In this document: one piece after another, positions 16,901 through 29,099 of the stretch | How the letters are laid out: the number at the start of each line of letters is the position of its first letter | How positions within the stretch are numbered: the stretch's first letter is position 1 | Assembly (NCBI GenBank): GCA_021799615.1 | Contig: JAJZAC010000001.1 | Coordinates: 462 to 64,461, forward strand | Reading direction: 5' to 3' | DNA length: 64,000 nt | DNA from: Actinomycetes bacterium | GTDB lineage: Bacteria > Actinomycetota > Acidimicrobiia > Acidimicrobiales > RAAP-2 | The notes under the pieces: model-generated | Told to the model about the DNA's origin: nothing | The model's input: the letters and a program-made list of their open reading frames with translations, nothing else | Databases searched by the model: none | Made by a program: the position numbers and the translations under genes

Positions 16901-18460
16901 GGCGGTGGGGAGCGAGCCCATGATCTGCTGCTCGTGGGTGACGAAGGGGCGGGTCATCAGGCCGGGGTAGACGGTGTCGATGGTGTCGCCCCACCGGTAG
17001 GCGGCGAAGTCGTTGCCGGGCAGTGCATAGACGCGCGTGCCGGGATGGGTGGCGTCGAGCGCGGCTGCCGCCTCGCGCACGCTGGCCGGCGGGACGGCCG
17101 GTTGGGTGAAGCCGTTGGCGATGATGGCGCCGGTGAGGAGAGGCACGTTGGCCGCGGCGATCACCCCGAGGGCACCGCCGGCCAGGGACCGGCCCGTCCA
17201 CCGGGCCCGGGCGGCCACCGCGTCGATGCCGGCGCCGAGGAACACGGCGAGGGCGAGGAGGACGAGCGGCGTGGCCCGGTCGGTCGAGCGCATGGCGAGC
17301 CCAGCCGTGGTGTCGACCATGAACGCCTTGAGGGCCGAGCCGACGCCCGACGGATGGGTGTAGGGATAGGCGCCGACCGAGAGGACCGTCCCCACCAGGA
17401 CCAGCAGGGCGAAGTAGGCCCGGTGGCGCCACCGCACCGTCACTGCGGCCACGAAGGCGAGGAGGGGGACGGCGAAGCTGGCGGCCACCAGCCACAGGTT
17501 CTGCGTGTAGGCGACGGCCGCCTGGGTCCAGCTGCCCAGCCGGTCGGACCCGTAGAAGTACCAGTACCCGAGGCCGCGCAGGACCTCGGAGGCCAGCGAT
17601 GTGGAGCTGGTCGCCGGGAGCGTCTCCGTGTACTTGAGGACGTTGATGCCGTAGGCGGCCTCGATCTGGAGGCCGACGGCCCACCACAGGGAGACCAGCA
17701 CCGTGAGGATGCCGACACGCCACGTCACGCCCAGCACCTGGCGCCAGGTGGCGGTCCGGCGCACCACCACGGCGTAGGGCAGCCACAACACGGGGGCCAG
17801 GCCCACGTAGAGGATGGAACTGGCGTTGATCCCGCTCACCAGGGCTACCACCAGGGCGAACAACGCCGGGTACCGCCATCCTCCCCGGCGCAGCGCCAGG
17901 ATGACGAAGGCCACCATCCACGGCAGCCCGGCCCACGGCAGCAGGATGACCGAGATCCGCCCGGCGTACTGGAGGACGTAGGGCGTGAACATGAAGGCAC
18001 CGGCGGCCACCCACCGCCCGGGGCCCACGAGGCCGAGGACCCGCCACAACAGGAGCATCCCCGTCCCCGCGGCGAACAGGAGGGCCGCCATCCACAGGCG
18101 CTGGGCGACCCACAGCGGGACGTGGAGCTCGGCCGCCGCCCAGTAGAACGGACCCATGGGCAGGAGGTAGCCGACGTTCTCGTGGGTCACGGTGCCCATG
18201 GCGACGCCTGGGTCCCACATGGACACGGCCTGGCGGAGGTAGCGCCCCGGGTCCAGGTAGAGGTAGGTCTTGGTGTCGTCGGACACCACGCCCGGCTGGG
18301 AGGCCAGCATGGGTACGGCCGCCGCCACCGCCACCACCAGTGTCTCCACGGCGGTGCGCAACCGGCCGCGACCGGCCGCGGGTGTATCGCCTCGGAGCGC
18401 GCCCTCGTCGGGCGCTGCTGCGTCGGGCGGAGCGTCGGGGGTCACGGGAGGATCGGGCAC
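13955..18460 (-). CDS. Very large GT-C membrane glycosyltransferase of the AftD / alpha-(1->3)-arabinofuranosyltransferase-like (DUF3367) type with discoidin-like carbohydrate-binding modules
   Basis: N-terminal DDTKTYLYLDPGRYLRQAVSMWDP...GYLLPMGPFYW followed by many TM segments. Central and C-terminal F5/8-type-C-like segments (LDGNLDTAWLS, IDGNPSTIWEPGFG), then C-terminal TM segments. Start taken as GTG 18460 (VPDPPVTP...). The upstream part of the 1616-aa track ORF is Arg/Pro-rich and overlaps the divergent gene. Confidence 0.7.
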   Translation of the reverse strand: MPDPPVTPDAPPDAAAPDEGALRGDTPAAGRGRLRTAVETLVVAVAAAVPMLASQPGVVSDDTKTYLYLDPGRYLRQAVSMWDPGVAMGTVTHENVGYLLPMGPFYWAAAELHVPLWVAQRLWMAALLFAAGTGMLLLWRVLGLVGPGRWVAAGAFMFTPYVLQYAGRISVILLPWAGLPWMVAFVILALRRGGWRYPALFALVVALVSGINASSILYVGLAPVLWLPYAVVVRRTATWRQVLGVTWRVGILTVLVSLWWAVGLQIEAAYGINVLKYTETLPATSSTSLASEVLRGLGYWYFYGSDRLGSWTQAAVAYTQNLWLVAASFAVPLLAFVAAVTVRWRHRAYFALLVLVGTVLSVGAYPYTHPSGVGSALKAFMVDTTAGLAMRSTDRATPLVLLALAVFLGAGIDAVAARARWTGRSLAGGALGVIAAANVPLLTGAIIANGFTQPAVPPASVREAAAALDATHPGTRVYALPGNDFAAYRWGDTIDTVYPGLMTRPFVTHEQQIMGSLPTADLLHAVDSPLQNGTEDMAALAPMAALMSAGDVLVQYDQAYERYNTPNPQVLAAAFATTPPGLSDPVSYGPPQANVAGIGTLTEAVLALQPDPSWPSPLVSYTVADPRPVVRAESLGDPLIVDGDAPGIVDSASVGLLAGNPTIFYAGTLDTRAGLAADLLGGPADLVVTDTNRKQAFEWNSLEQNTGLTETLAQGPDTTNPSDAPVDLFPAAPADAQSTTAFTGITSVTASSYGSSLSYLPEDRPSMALDGNLDTAWLSDFTSDPVGQWWQTTLAAPTTIGHLVLVQPQTGSPTRWITRVTVTFDGRHPVTADLGPGSRTAAGQVLTFAPRTFRTLRVTVDATTPVSGAAAGPFPSSVGFAEVGIPGLNVTESVVMPQDLLHLAGTTSLGDRLTLVMTRLRSSGYPPRSAVEPALDRTFWLPTSRTFTLSGQARISTLIPDDMIDRLVGRTGGVVAYSRGRLPGDLAVGAVNTIDGNPSTIWEPGFGTSHQVGAWLQYVLPAPITFDHLDLQVVADGLHTVPTEVTVSTPSGSATVPLPPVAQSTVPGAVVDVPISFPALRGQRIRVTVDAVRPVTTVNYYSEVPSGLPLGIAEVGIPGVHAPALPAAVPSSCRNDLLAVDGTPVWVSISGSTSAALSRQALQVSLCGPDAAGLALGPGTHHLTAVRGHLTGWNLDQLVLDSAPGGGAAAPPGATGMVSPPPAGPAPAVTVLSRHATSMQLRLSGISPTSAPFELVLGESLNAGWTATVAGSGSLGPPVLVDGFANGFRVVPASLGPALHGGTVLVTLRWTPQQRETAALVVSAIAILACVVIGFVPRRRWSALRRAGRGRQRARRRGADAYGTHRQVAGDGAPARPTLAAPFGRTGRRAPVGVAVVAAVVSGGIAAAVALPVVGAPVAAGTLVALLVPRTRTVLGWAAAGLVAAAGTAVVVIQARHHYTANGLWPTHAAVASDLAWAAIVFLCADVAVAAILDRRASPGP

Positions 18461-18486
18461 GGGCCCTGGGTAGTGTAAACAAGGCC

Positions 18487-19326
18487 ATGGCCGAAGTGAC
18501 GCAGGGCACGCCAGCGCGTGTCGCCGACGGGTCGGAACGCCGGTTGACCGGCGAGCGACCGATGCAGGGCGTGACACCCGACTCGCTGCTGGCGCTGCAC
18601 GCCGCCGGGTACGCCGCCGTGATGGCGCGGCTCGGGACCGGGCGCATGCTCGACGTGGGATGCGGTCAGGGGTTCGAGTCGGCCCGCTTCGTCGCCGAGG
18701 ACCGCCCCGTGGTGGGTGTGGACTACAGCGCCGAGGCCACCGCGTTCGCCCGGGCGAACTTCGGGGCGCGGGGGCTGCGGGTGGCGCGGATGAACGCACT
18801 GGCACTGGGGTTGGCCGCCGGCTCGTTCCGGTGGGCGTGCTCGTCCCACCTCATCGAGCACTTCGAGCGGCCAGCCGGTCACGTCGCCGAGCTGGCCCGG
18901 GTGCTCGCCGACGACGGCACCGCCTTCTTCCTCACGCCGAACGCGCCGGCCGACTTCGAGAACCCGTTCCACATCACCCTGTTCGAACCGGACGAGCTGG
19001 CAGCGCTCCTCGGACGGTTCTTCACCGACGTGACGGTCCAGGGGCTCGACGCCGTCCCCCCCGTGAAGGCCGACTTCGCCGCCCGCCGTCAGCGGGCCCA
19101 GAAGGTCCTCGCCCTCGACGTCCTGGACCTGCGCCACCGCATCCCCCGCTCCTGGTACATCGGCGCCTACACCCGCCTGCTGCCGCTGGCCTACCGGGTG
19201 CTGGCCCGGAGCGACGCCGGCGGTGCCACCGGGATCAGCGCCGAGGACTTCTTCGTCACGGACGACCTGGACCGGACCACCATGGTCCTCTTCGCCACCG
19301 CCTCGCGCCCCCGCCGCCCGAGCTGA
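18487..19326 (+). CDS. Class I SAM-dependent methyltransferase
   Basis: SAM motif I MLDVGCGQGFES and a Methyltransf_11-like core. ATG at 18487, only 26 bp from the divergent AftD-like start. Confidence 0.75.
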   Translation: MAEVTQGTPARVADGSERRLTGERPMQGVTPDSLLALHAAGYAAVMARLGTGRMLDVGCGQGFESARFVAEDRPVVGVDYSAEATAFARANFGARGLRVARMNALALGLAAGSFRWACSSHLIEHFERPAGHVAELARVLADDGTAFFLTPNAPADFENPFHITLFEPDELAALLGRFFTDVTVQGLDAVPPVKADFAARRQRAQKVLALDVLDLRHRIPRSWYIGAYTRLLPLAYRVLARSDAGGATGISAEDFFVTDDLDRTTMVLFATASRPRRPS

Positions 19327-19336
19327 CGGGGACCGC

Positions 19337-19957
19337 GTGCTGGTCGTGGGGCTCACGGGCGGCATCGGCGCCGGCAAGTCGACGGTGGCGGAGATGCTGG
19401 CCGCCCGGGGGGCCGTCGTCGTCGACGCCGACCGGGTGGCCCGCCAGGTGGTGGAACCGGGCACGCCGGCCCACGCCGCCCTGGTGGCGCGCTTCGGTCC
19501 GGGCATCGTGGACGACGAGGGTGGCATCGACCGGGCGGCACTGGCCGCCATGGTCTTCGGCAATCCGGCGGCGCTGGCTGACCTGAACGCCATCACCCAC
19601 CCCGCCATCGGCGTGGAGATGGTCCGGCAACGCGACGAGCACGCCGGCACCGACCGGGTGGTGGTGATGGACATCCCCCTTCTCACCGAGGCCCACCGGC
19701 AGCTCCTGTCGCTGGCCGCCGTGGTCGTGGTGGACGTCCCGCCGGAGACGGCGCTCGAGCGGCTCGTCGACGCCCGGGGGATGGACCGGGCCGACGCCGA
19801 GGCCCGGATGGCCGCCCAGGTGGACCGGGCGACCCGGCTGTCGGTCGCCGACCTCGTCGTCGACAATTCGGGCGACCGGGCCCAGCTGGCCGTGGAGGTC
19901 GACCGGGTGTGGCGGGCCATCGAGGAACTGGCTGTCACGGGAGTGCAACCGGGCTGA
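19337..19957 (+). CDS. coaE: Dephospho-CoA kinase
   Basis: VLVVGLTGGIGAGKSTVAEML P-loop, DADRVARQVVEPG, and the conserved position upstream of uvrB as in other Actinomycetota. Confidence 0.85.
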   Translation: MLVVGLTGGIGAGKSTVAEMLAARGAVVVDADRVARQVVEPGTPAHAALVARFGPGIVDDEGGIDRAALAAMVFGNPAALADLNAITHPAIGVEMVRQRDEHAGTDRVVVMDIPLLTEAHRQLLSLAAVVVVDVPPETALERLVDARGMDRADAEARMAAQVDRATRLSVADLVVDNSGDRAQLAVEVDRVWRAIEELAVTGVQPG

Positions 19958-20008
19958 GCCGGCGCCGGGCCGGGTGGGTGCGCGACCGTCCACCGGTACC
20001 ATCGATCC

Positions 20009-22093
20009 GTGCCACCGTTCGAGGTCGTCTCGCCGTTCCGGCCCGCCGGCGACCAGCCGGCCGCCATCGAGGCCCTGGTGGACGGGGTGCGGAGCGGCGA
20101 GCGGTACCAGACGCTCCTCGGGATCACCGGGTCGGGGAAGACGGCCACCATCGCGTGGACCATCGAGGCCCTCCAGCGTCCCACCCTGGTCATCGAGCCG
20201 AACAAGTCCCTGGCCGCCCAGCTGGCCGCCGAGCTGAAGGACCTCTTCCCCCACAACCGGGTCGAGTACTTCGTCTCCTACTACGACTACTACCAGCCCG
20301 AGGCGTACGTCCCCTCGTCGGACACCTACATCGAGAAGGACTCGTCGATCAACGACGAGATCGACCGGTTGCGCCACGCCACCACGTCGTCGCTGCTGCT
20401 GCGGCCCGACACCGTGGTGGTGGCGTCGGTGTCGTGCATCTACGGGTTGGGCTCGCCCGACGAGTACCGGGACCGCATCGCCGTGCTGCGTCCCGGCGAG
20501 GTCCACGACCAGCGGCAGCTCCTGCGCCGTCTCGTCGACATGCAGTACTCGCGCAACGACGTGGCCCTTGCCCGCGGGCAGTTCCGGGCCCGGGGCGACA
20601 CCCTCGAGATCCATCCCGCCTACGAGGATCACGCCGTGCGGATCGAGTTCTTCGGTGACACGGTGGAGCGGATCCGCCCCTTCGACGTCATGACGGGCGA
20701 GATCGGTGACGACCTCGACGAGCTGGTGGTGTTCGCCTCCACCCACTACGGGGTGGGCGACGACACCCTGCAGCGTGCCATCGGGTCGATCGAAGCGGAG
20801 CTCCGTGTCCGTCTCGGCGAGCTCGAGTCCTCCGGGCGCCTGCTCGAGGCCCAACGGCTGCGGATGCGCACCGAGTACGACCTGGAGATGCTGGCCGAGA
20901 CGGGGGTCTGCTCGGGGATCGAGAACTACAGCCGGCACCTCGACGGACGCCGGCCCGGCGAGCCGCCCCACACCCTGCTCGACTTCTTCCCCGACGACTT
21001 CCTCGTCGTCCTGGACGAGAGCCACGTGGCCGTACCCCAGCTGCGGGGTCAGTTCGCCGGGGACCGCTCCCGGAAGGAGACCCTGGTGGAGCACGGGTTC
21101 CGGCTCCCGTCGGCCCTGGACAACCGCCCGCTGCGGTTCGAGGAGTTCCTGGAGCGCACCGGCCAGACCATTCTGCTCTCGGCCACCCCGGGACCGTGGG
21201 AGCTCGAGCACAGCACCCGGGTGGTGGAACAGGTCATCCGACCGACCGGGCTGGTCGACCCCGAGGTCGACATCCGGCCCACCACCGGCCAGATCGACGA
21301 TCTGCGGGCACGCATCGACGCCACGGTGGCCGCCGGCTGGCGGGTCCTGGTGACGACCCTCACGAAGAAGATGGCCGAGGACCTGACCGAGTACCTGGCC
21401 GAGGGCGGTGTGCGGGTGCAGTACCTCCACTCCGACGTCGACACCATGGCCCGCATCGAGCTGCTCCGCGACCTGCGGCTGGGGGCCTACGACGTCGTGG
21501 TGGGCATCAACCTGCTGCGTGAAGGCCTGGACCTCCCCGAGGTGGCGCTGGTGGCGATCCTCGACGCCGACAAGGAGGGCTTCCTCCGCTCGGCCTCGTC
21601 GCTCATCCAGACCATGGGGCGGGCAGCCCGCAACGCCGACGGCCGGGTGGTGATGTACGCCGACACCGTCACCGAGGCGATGCGCACCGCGGTGGGGGAG
21701 ACGCAGCGCCGCCGTGCGCGCCAGCTGGCCTACAACGCCGAGCACGGCATCGATCCGACCACGGTGACCAAGGCGGTGAGCGACATCTTGGCCCGGGTGC
21801 GCACCGGGGCGGGGCCGGGCCCGGTCGCGCGGGGTGCCAGGAGCCCCCGGGGCGCTGCCGCCCGGGCGCGGTCCGGTGTCGATCCGGTGGCGGTGGCCGG
21901 CTCCCTGGCCGAGGCCCTCTCCGGCGATCCCGAGGAGCTCGGCGTGCTCATCGACCGCCTCGAGGGGGAGATGCTGGCGGCTGCCGAGGCGCTCCGCTTC
22001 GAGGAGGCGGCCCTGCTGCGCGACGAGATCGAGGAGCTGCGGGCCCTGGCCGCCGCCGATCCCGTCTCCGGCGCGCCGCTGGTCGGCGGCTGA
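20009..22093 (+). CDS. uvrB: Excinuclease ABC subunit B
   Basis: [25 protein letters not shown], helicase motifs, and a C-terminal UVR domain ([17 protein letters not shown]). Confidence 0.95.
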   Translation: MPPFEVVSPFRPAGDQPAAIEALVDGVRSGERYQTLLGITGSGKTATIAWTIEALQRPTLVIEPNKSLAAQLAAELKDLFPHNRVEYFVSYYDYYQPEAYVPSSDTYIEKDSSINDEIDRLRHATTSSLLLRPDTVVVASVSCIYGLGSPDEYRDRIAVLRPGEVHDQRQLLRRLVDMQYSRNDVALARGQFRARGDTLEIHPAYEDHAVRIEFFGDTVERIRPFDVMTGEIGDDLDELVVFASTHYGVGDDTLQRAIGSIEAELRVRLGELESSGRLLEAQRLRMRTEYDLEMLAETGVCSGIENYSRHLDGRRPGEPPHTLLDFFPDDFLVVLDESHVAVPQLRGQFAGDRSRKETLVEHGFRLPSALDNRPLRFEEFLERTGQTILLSATPGPWELEHSTRVVEQVIRPTGLVDPEVDIRPTTGQIDDLRARIDATVAAGWRVLVTTLTKKMAEDLTEYLAEGGVRVQYLHSDVDTMARIELLRDLRLGAYDVVVGINLLREGLDLPEVALVAILDADKEGFLRSASSLIQTMGRAARNADGRVVMYADTVTEAMRTAVGETQRRRARQLAYNAEHGIDPTTVTKAVSDILARVRTGAGPGPVARGARSPRGAAARARSGVDPVAVAGSLAEALSGDPEELGVLIDRLEGEMLAAAEALRFEEAALLRDEIEELRALAAADPVSGAPLVGG

Positions 22094-22118
22094 CCCCGGC
22101 GCCGGTATCCTCGGCTCG

Positions 22119-25001
<2,883 letters not shown>

Positions 25002-25046
25002 GCGGACCCCTGCGGGCGTCGGGCCGGGCGGGGTGCGGGACCCGGC

Positions 25047-26162
25047 TCAGGTGGTGGCCAGCATCCGCTCCAGCGCCACCCGGGCCCACCGGGCCGTCTC
25101 CTCGTCGACGGTGATCCGGTTGCGCACCTCGCCGTCCACCAGACCGTCGAGCACCCATGCCAAGTGGGCGGGGTCGATGCGGGACATGGTGGCGCACGGG
25201 CAGACGACGGGGTCGAGCGAGACGACCGTCTTGGTGGGCGACTCGGCGTCGAGCCGGTGCACCAGGTGGATCTCGGTCCCGACCGCGATGACGGCGCCGT
25301 CGGGGGCGGCCTCCACCGTGCGGATGATGAAGTCGGTGGAGCCCACCAGGTCGGCCGCCTCCACCACGGCATGGTCGCACTCGGGGTGCACGACCACCAG
25401 TCCGTCGGGATGCTCGGACCGGAAGTCGGCGATGTTCTCCGGCCGGAAGCGCTGGTGCACCGAGCAGTGGCCCCGCCACAGGATGACCGAGGCCTGCTTC
25501 ATCGTGGTGTCGTCGAGGCCCCCGTGGTCGAGGTGCGGGTCCCACACGGCCAGGTCGGCCGGGCCGAAACCGAGGTCGAGCGCGGTGTTGCGCCCCAGAT
25601 GCTGGTCGGGGAAGAACAGGACCTGGTCGCCCCGGGTCGTCCCCTCCTCGCCGGGGAGCAGCGCCCACGTGAGGACGGCTCGGGCGTTCGACGACGTGCA
25701 CACCACCCCGCCGTGGCGCCCGACGAACGCCTTCAACGCGGCGGAGGAGTTCATGTAGGTCACGGGGACCACCCGTGACGTGTCGGTGACCCGTCCGAGG
25801 TCCTCCCAGGCGTCCTCCACCGCCTCGAGGTCGGCCATGTCGGCCATCGAGCATCCGGCGTTGAGGTCGGGGAGGAGCACCTGCTGGCCGGGGCCGGTGA
25901 GGATGTCCGCCGACTCGGCCATGAAGTGGACGCCGCAGAACACCACGAACTCGGCGTCGCTCCGCTCGGCCGCGATCCGCGACAGGGCGAACGAGTCGCC
26001 CCGGGCGTCGGCCCACCGCATCACGTCGTCGCGCTGGTAGTGGTGCCCGAGGACGAGCAGACGCTCGCCCAGGGCCGCCTTGGCTCTCCCGATCCGTTCG
26101 GCCAGCTCACCGGAGTCGGCCGAGGTGTAGCGCTCGGGAAGCGGCACCTGGAGTCGCACCAT
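25047..26162 (-). CDS. nadA: Quinolinate synthase
   Basis: MVRLQVPLPERY start with AAGGGGG upstream. LVLGHHYQRDDV, VVFCGVHFMAESADIL and CPCATMSRI are typical of NadA. No nadB or nadC nearby. Confidence 0.85.
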   Translation of the reverse strand: MVRLQVPLPERYTSADSGELAERIGRAKAALGERLLVLGHHYQRDDVMRWADARGDSFALSRIAAERSDAEFVVFCGVHFMAESADILTGPGQQVLLPDLNAGCSMADMADLEAVEDAWEDLGRVTDTSRVVPVTYMNSSAALKAFVGRHGGVVCTSSNARAVLTWALLPGEEGTTRGDQVLFFPDQHLGRNTALDLGFGPADLAVWDPHLDHGGLDDTTMKQASVILWRGHCSVHQRFRPENIADFRSEHPDGLVVVHPECDHAVVEAADLVGSTDFIIRTVEAAPDGAVIAVGTEIHLVHRLDAESPTKTVVSLDPVVCPCATMSRIDPAHLAWVLDGLVDGEVRNRITVDEETARWARVALERMLATT

Positions 26163-26253
26163 GTCATGTACCCCCTTGGGGAGGGGCTCCGGTCGTGGCC
26201 GGCGGGGACAGCCTGGTCGCCCATCCGCGGGGTTGTCGGCCCCGGAGCCGTCG

Positions 26254-28248
26254 ATGTCGCCGGATACCAGGCCGGCGTGCCCCCACTCTACGTCGTCGGC
26301 ACCGGCGCCGGCACGGCACACTGGACCGGTGGCACGACGTCCCCCGCCCGGAACGATCCCCGACGAGCCCGGCTCGTACCAGTTCGTCGATGCCGACGGG
26401 CGGGTGATCTACGTGGGCAAGGCCACGTCGCTGCGCCAGCGGGTGTCCTCCTACTTCCAGGACCCGGCGGCACTGGCCCCGCGCACGGCCCAGATGGTCG
26501 AGCAGGCCGACCACGTGGAGTGGATGGTGGTGGCCAGCGAGCCCGAGGCGCTCCTCCTCGAGCACACCCTGATCAAGGCACACCAGCCCCGCTTCAACGT
26601 CCGCCTGAAGGACGACAAGAGCTACCCGTGGCTGGCCGTGACCGTGTCGGACGAGTGGCCACGTCCCGCCGTGGTGCGGGGTCGCAAGCGCAAGGGGATC
26701 CGGTACTTCGGGCCGTACCCCAACGCCGGGGCCATCCGCCAGACCCTCGACCTGCTGCTGCGGTCCTTCCCGGTGCGGACCTGCACCGACACCAAGTTCT
26801 CCCGCCATGCCCGCCTGGGACGCCCGTGCCTGCTGTTCCACATCGAGCGGTGCGCCGGTCCGTGCGTGGGTGCGGTGAGCCGCCAGGACTACGACGCGAT
26901 GGTGGCCGACCTGATGAGCTTCCTGTCGGGGGACACCCGCCCGCTCGAGGCCGGTCTCGAGGCGCGCATGCGTGCCGCCGCCGACGGGCGGGACTACGAG
27001 CGGGCGTCGGTGCTGCGGGACAAGCTGGCCGCCGTACGGAGCGCGGACGCCGTACGCCAGATGCAGCTCGCCCGTCCCGAGGACCTCGACGTGGTGGGCG
27101 TGGTCGGCGACGAGCTGGAGGCGGCCGTGCAGGTCTTCCACGTGCGGTCGGGCAAGGTGGTGGGCCGCCTGGCCCTGTTCGTCGACAAGGTGGAGGACCT
27201 GCCCTCGCCGGCCCTCCTGTCCCGCATCCTCGCCGAGGTCTACGCCGACCCGGCCGCCGGCGTGCCCCGCCAGGTCCTCGTACCCGAGCTGCCCGAGGAC
27301 CCCGAGGTCATGCGGGCGTTCCTGGCCGGTCGGCGGGGGGGACCGGTGGCCCTGCGGGTGCCGGTCCGGGGGCCCAAACGGGAGCTGCTGGCCACGGTCG
27401 AGCGCAACGCTGCGGACGCGTTCGCCCGTCACCGGCTCCAGCGGACGGCCGACCACAACAGCCGGGCTCGCGCCCTCGAGTCGCTCCAGGCGGCGCTGGA
27501 CCTGCCAGCCGCCCCTCTGCGCATCGAGTGCTACGACATGAGCCACCTGCAGGGCTCCGACTACGTCGGCTCGATGGTCGTCTTCGAGGACGGGCTGGCC
27601 CGTACGTCGGAGTACCGCCACTTCCGGGTGACGTCGGTGGCGGGGAACGACGACTACGGCGCGATGGAGGAGGTGCTGACCCGCCGGCTCACCGCCCTGG
27701 TGGACGACGACGCCGGTACGGCCGCCGCCGGCCGCCGCCGGTTCGCCTACCCGCCCCAGCTCCTCCTGCTCGACGGGGGGCGGGGCCAGCTCAACGTGGG
27801 CGTGCGGGTGCTCGATCGCCTGGGCCTGACCGACCGGGTCCCGGTGGCGGCCCTGGCCAAGAGCTTCGAGGAGGTGTACCTGCCCGGCCGGGACGAGCCC
27901 CTGCGCCTGCCCCGCCGGTCGGAGGCCCTGTTCCTGCTCCAGCAGCTGCGGGACGAGGCCCACCGGTTCGCCATCTCCTACCACCGCACGCTCCGGGGCC
28001 GCCGGATGACCGAAGGCGCCCTCGACGGGATCCCCGGTCTCGGACCGCGCCGGCGGGCCCGCCTGGTCGAGCAGTTCGGCGGGCACGGCCCCCTGCGTCA
28101 GGCCAGCCGTGAGGAGCTGCTGGCCGTATCGTGGTTGCCCGACCGGGTGGGCGCCACCGTGTGGGAGCGGCTGCACCGCCCCCGGTCGCCGGCCCGGGGA
28201 CCGGGTGCCGGCACGGTGGCGGCCCGGCGTGCGAAGGTGGACGGGTGA
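26254..28248 (+). CDS. uvrC: Excinuclease ABC subunit C
   Basis: GIY-YIG N-terminus PGSYQFVDADGRVIYVGKATSLRQRVSSYF, UVR domain (DYERASVLRDKLAAV), endonuclease V-like domain and C-terminal HhH (IPGLGPRRRARLVEQFG). Start ambiguous: ATG 26254 or GTG 26329. Confidence 0.9.
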   Translation: MSPDTRPACPHSTSSAPAPARHTGPVARRPPPGTIPDEPGSYQFVDADGRVIYVGKATSLRQRVSSYFQDPAALAPRTAQMVEQADHVEWMVVASEPEALLLEHTLIKAHQPRFNVRLKDDKSYPWLAVTVSDEWPRPAVVRGRKRKGIRYFGPYPNAGAIRQTLDLLLRSFPVRTCTDTKFSRHARLGRPCLLFHIERCAGPCVGAVSRQDYDAMVADLMSFLSGDTRPLEAGLEARMRAAADGRDYERASVLRDKLAAVRSADAVRQMQLARPEDLDVVGVVGDELEAAVQVFHVRSGKVVGRLALFVDKVEDLPSPALLSRILAEVYADPAAGVPRQVLVPELPEDPEVMRAFLAGRRGGPVALRVPVRGPKRELLATVERNAADAFARHRLQRTADHNSRARALESLQAALDLPAAPLRIECYDMSHLQGSDYVGSMVVFEDGLARTSEYRHFRVTSVAGNDDYGAMEEVLTRRLTALVDDDAGTAAAGRRRFAYPPQLLLLDGGRGQLNVGVRVLDRLGLTDRVPVAALAKSFEEVYLPGRDEPLRLPRRSEALFLLQQLRDEAHRFAISYHRTLRGRRMTEGALDGIPGLGPRRRARLVEQFGGHGPLRQASREELLAVSWLPDRVGATVWERLHRPRSPARGPGAGTVAARRAKVDG

Positions 28249-29099
28249 GCGAGTACCTGGTGGTCACCGGCATGTCTGGGGCCGGCCGGTCCACCGCCGG
28301 TGCGACGCTCGAGGACCTGGGGTGGTTCGTCATCGACAACATGCCCTCGAGCCTGATCCCCAAGGTCGCCGAGCTCGCCGAGGTCAGCGGGTCGGAGATG
28401 GCCCGGGTCGCCTTCGTGGTGGGGCGGGGCGGCGGCGAGCTGCCCGACGACGTGCTGCCGGCCATCGAGGCGCTCCGGTCCCAGCAGGGGCGCGTCCGCG
28501 TGCTGTTCCTCGACGCCGCGGACGAGGTGCTCCTGCGGAGGTTCGAGGGGACCCGGCGCCGGCACCCGCTCGACGCCGCCGGCGTGGAGGCGTCGATCGC
28601 CGACGAGCGCCGGCTGCTCGGCGGCCTGCGCGACCGGGCCGACCTGGTGGTGGACACCGGCGAGCTGAACGTGAACCAGCTGCGGGCGCGGCTCATCGAG
28701 GTGTTCGGCGAGCAGGCCGCCGGGGGCACCATGCGGACCTCGGTCGTCTCGTTCGGGTTCAAGCACGGCATCCCGCTCGACGTCGACCTGGTGTTCGACT
28801 GCCGGTTCCTCCCCAACCCCTACTGGGACGAGCAGCTGCGCGGTCTGAGCGGGCTCGACGAACCGGTGCGCGCCTACGTCCTGGGCCACGACGAGACCAC
28901 CGACTTCCTCGACCGCCTGGAGGACCTGCTGGCGGTCCTGCTCCCCGCCTACCAGCGCGAGGGCAAGTCCTACCTGACGGTGGCCATGGGCTGCACGGGT
29001 GGCCGGCACCGTTCGGTGGCACTGGCCGAGGAGCTCAGGCGGCGCCTGGGCGACCGAGGCCAGCCCACGTCGGTGTTCCACCGGGACGTGGACCGGTGA
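28245..29099 (+). CDS. rapZ: RNase adapter / P-loop NTPase RapZ (YvcJ)
   Basis: VSEYLVVTGMSGAGRSTAGATLEDLGWFVIDNMP and C-terminal CTGGRHRSV. GTGA overlap with the uvrC stop. Confidence 0.9.
   Translation: MSEYLVVTGMSGAGRSTAGATLEDLGWFVIDNMPSSLIPKVAELAEVSGSEMARVAFVVGRGGGELPDDVLPAIEALRSQQGRVRVLFLDAADEVLLRRFEGTRRRHPLDAAGVEASIADERRLLGGLRDRADLVVDTGELNVNQLRARLIEVFGEQAAGGTMRTSVVSFGFKHGIPLDVDLVFDCRFLPNPYWDEQLRGLSGLDEPVRAYVLGHDETTDFLDRLEDLLAVLLPAYQREGKSYLTVAMGCTGGRHRSVALAEELRRRLGDRGQPTSVFHRDVDR

Noticed and set aside
14409-18647. 1412-aa (-) and 1194-aa (+, 14894..18478) ORFs inside the AftD-like gene
   Set aside because: Same locus as a frame with coherent TM and lectin-domain motifs. The translations are dominated by R/G/P/H runs with no recognisable motifs.
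19958-22118. LexA/SOS boxes upstream of uvrB, uvrA, uvrC and recN
   Set aside because: No TCGAAC-N4-GTTCGA or GAAC-N4-GTTC match was seen by eye in these short upstream regions. Absence cannot be proven without a scan using the lineage-specific motif.
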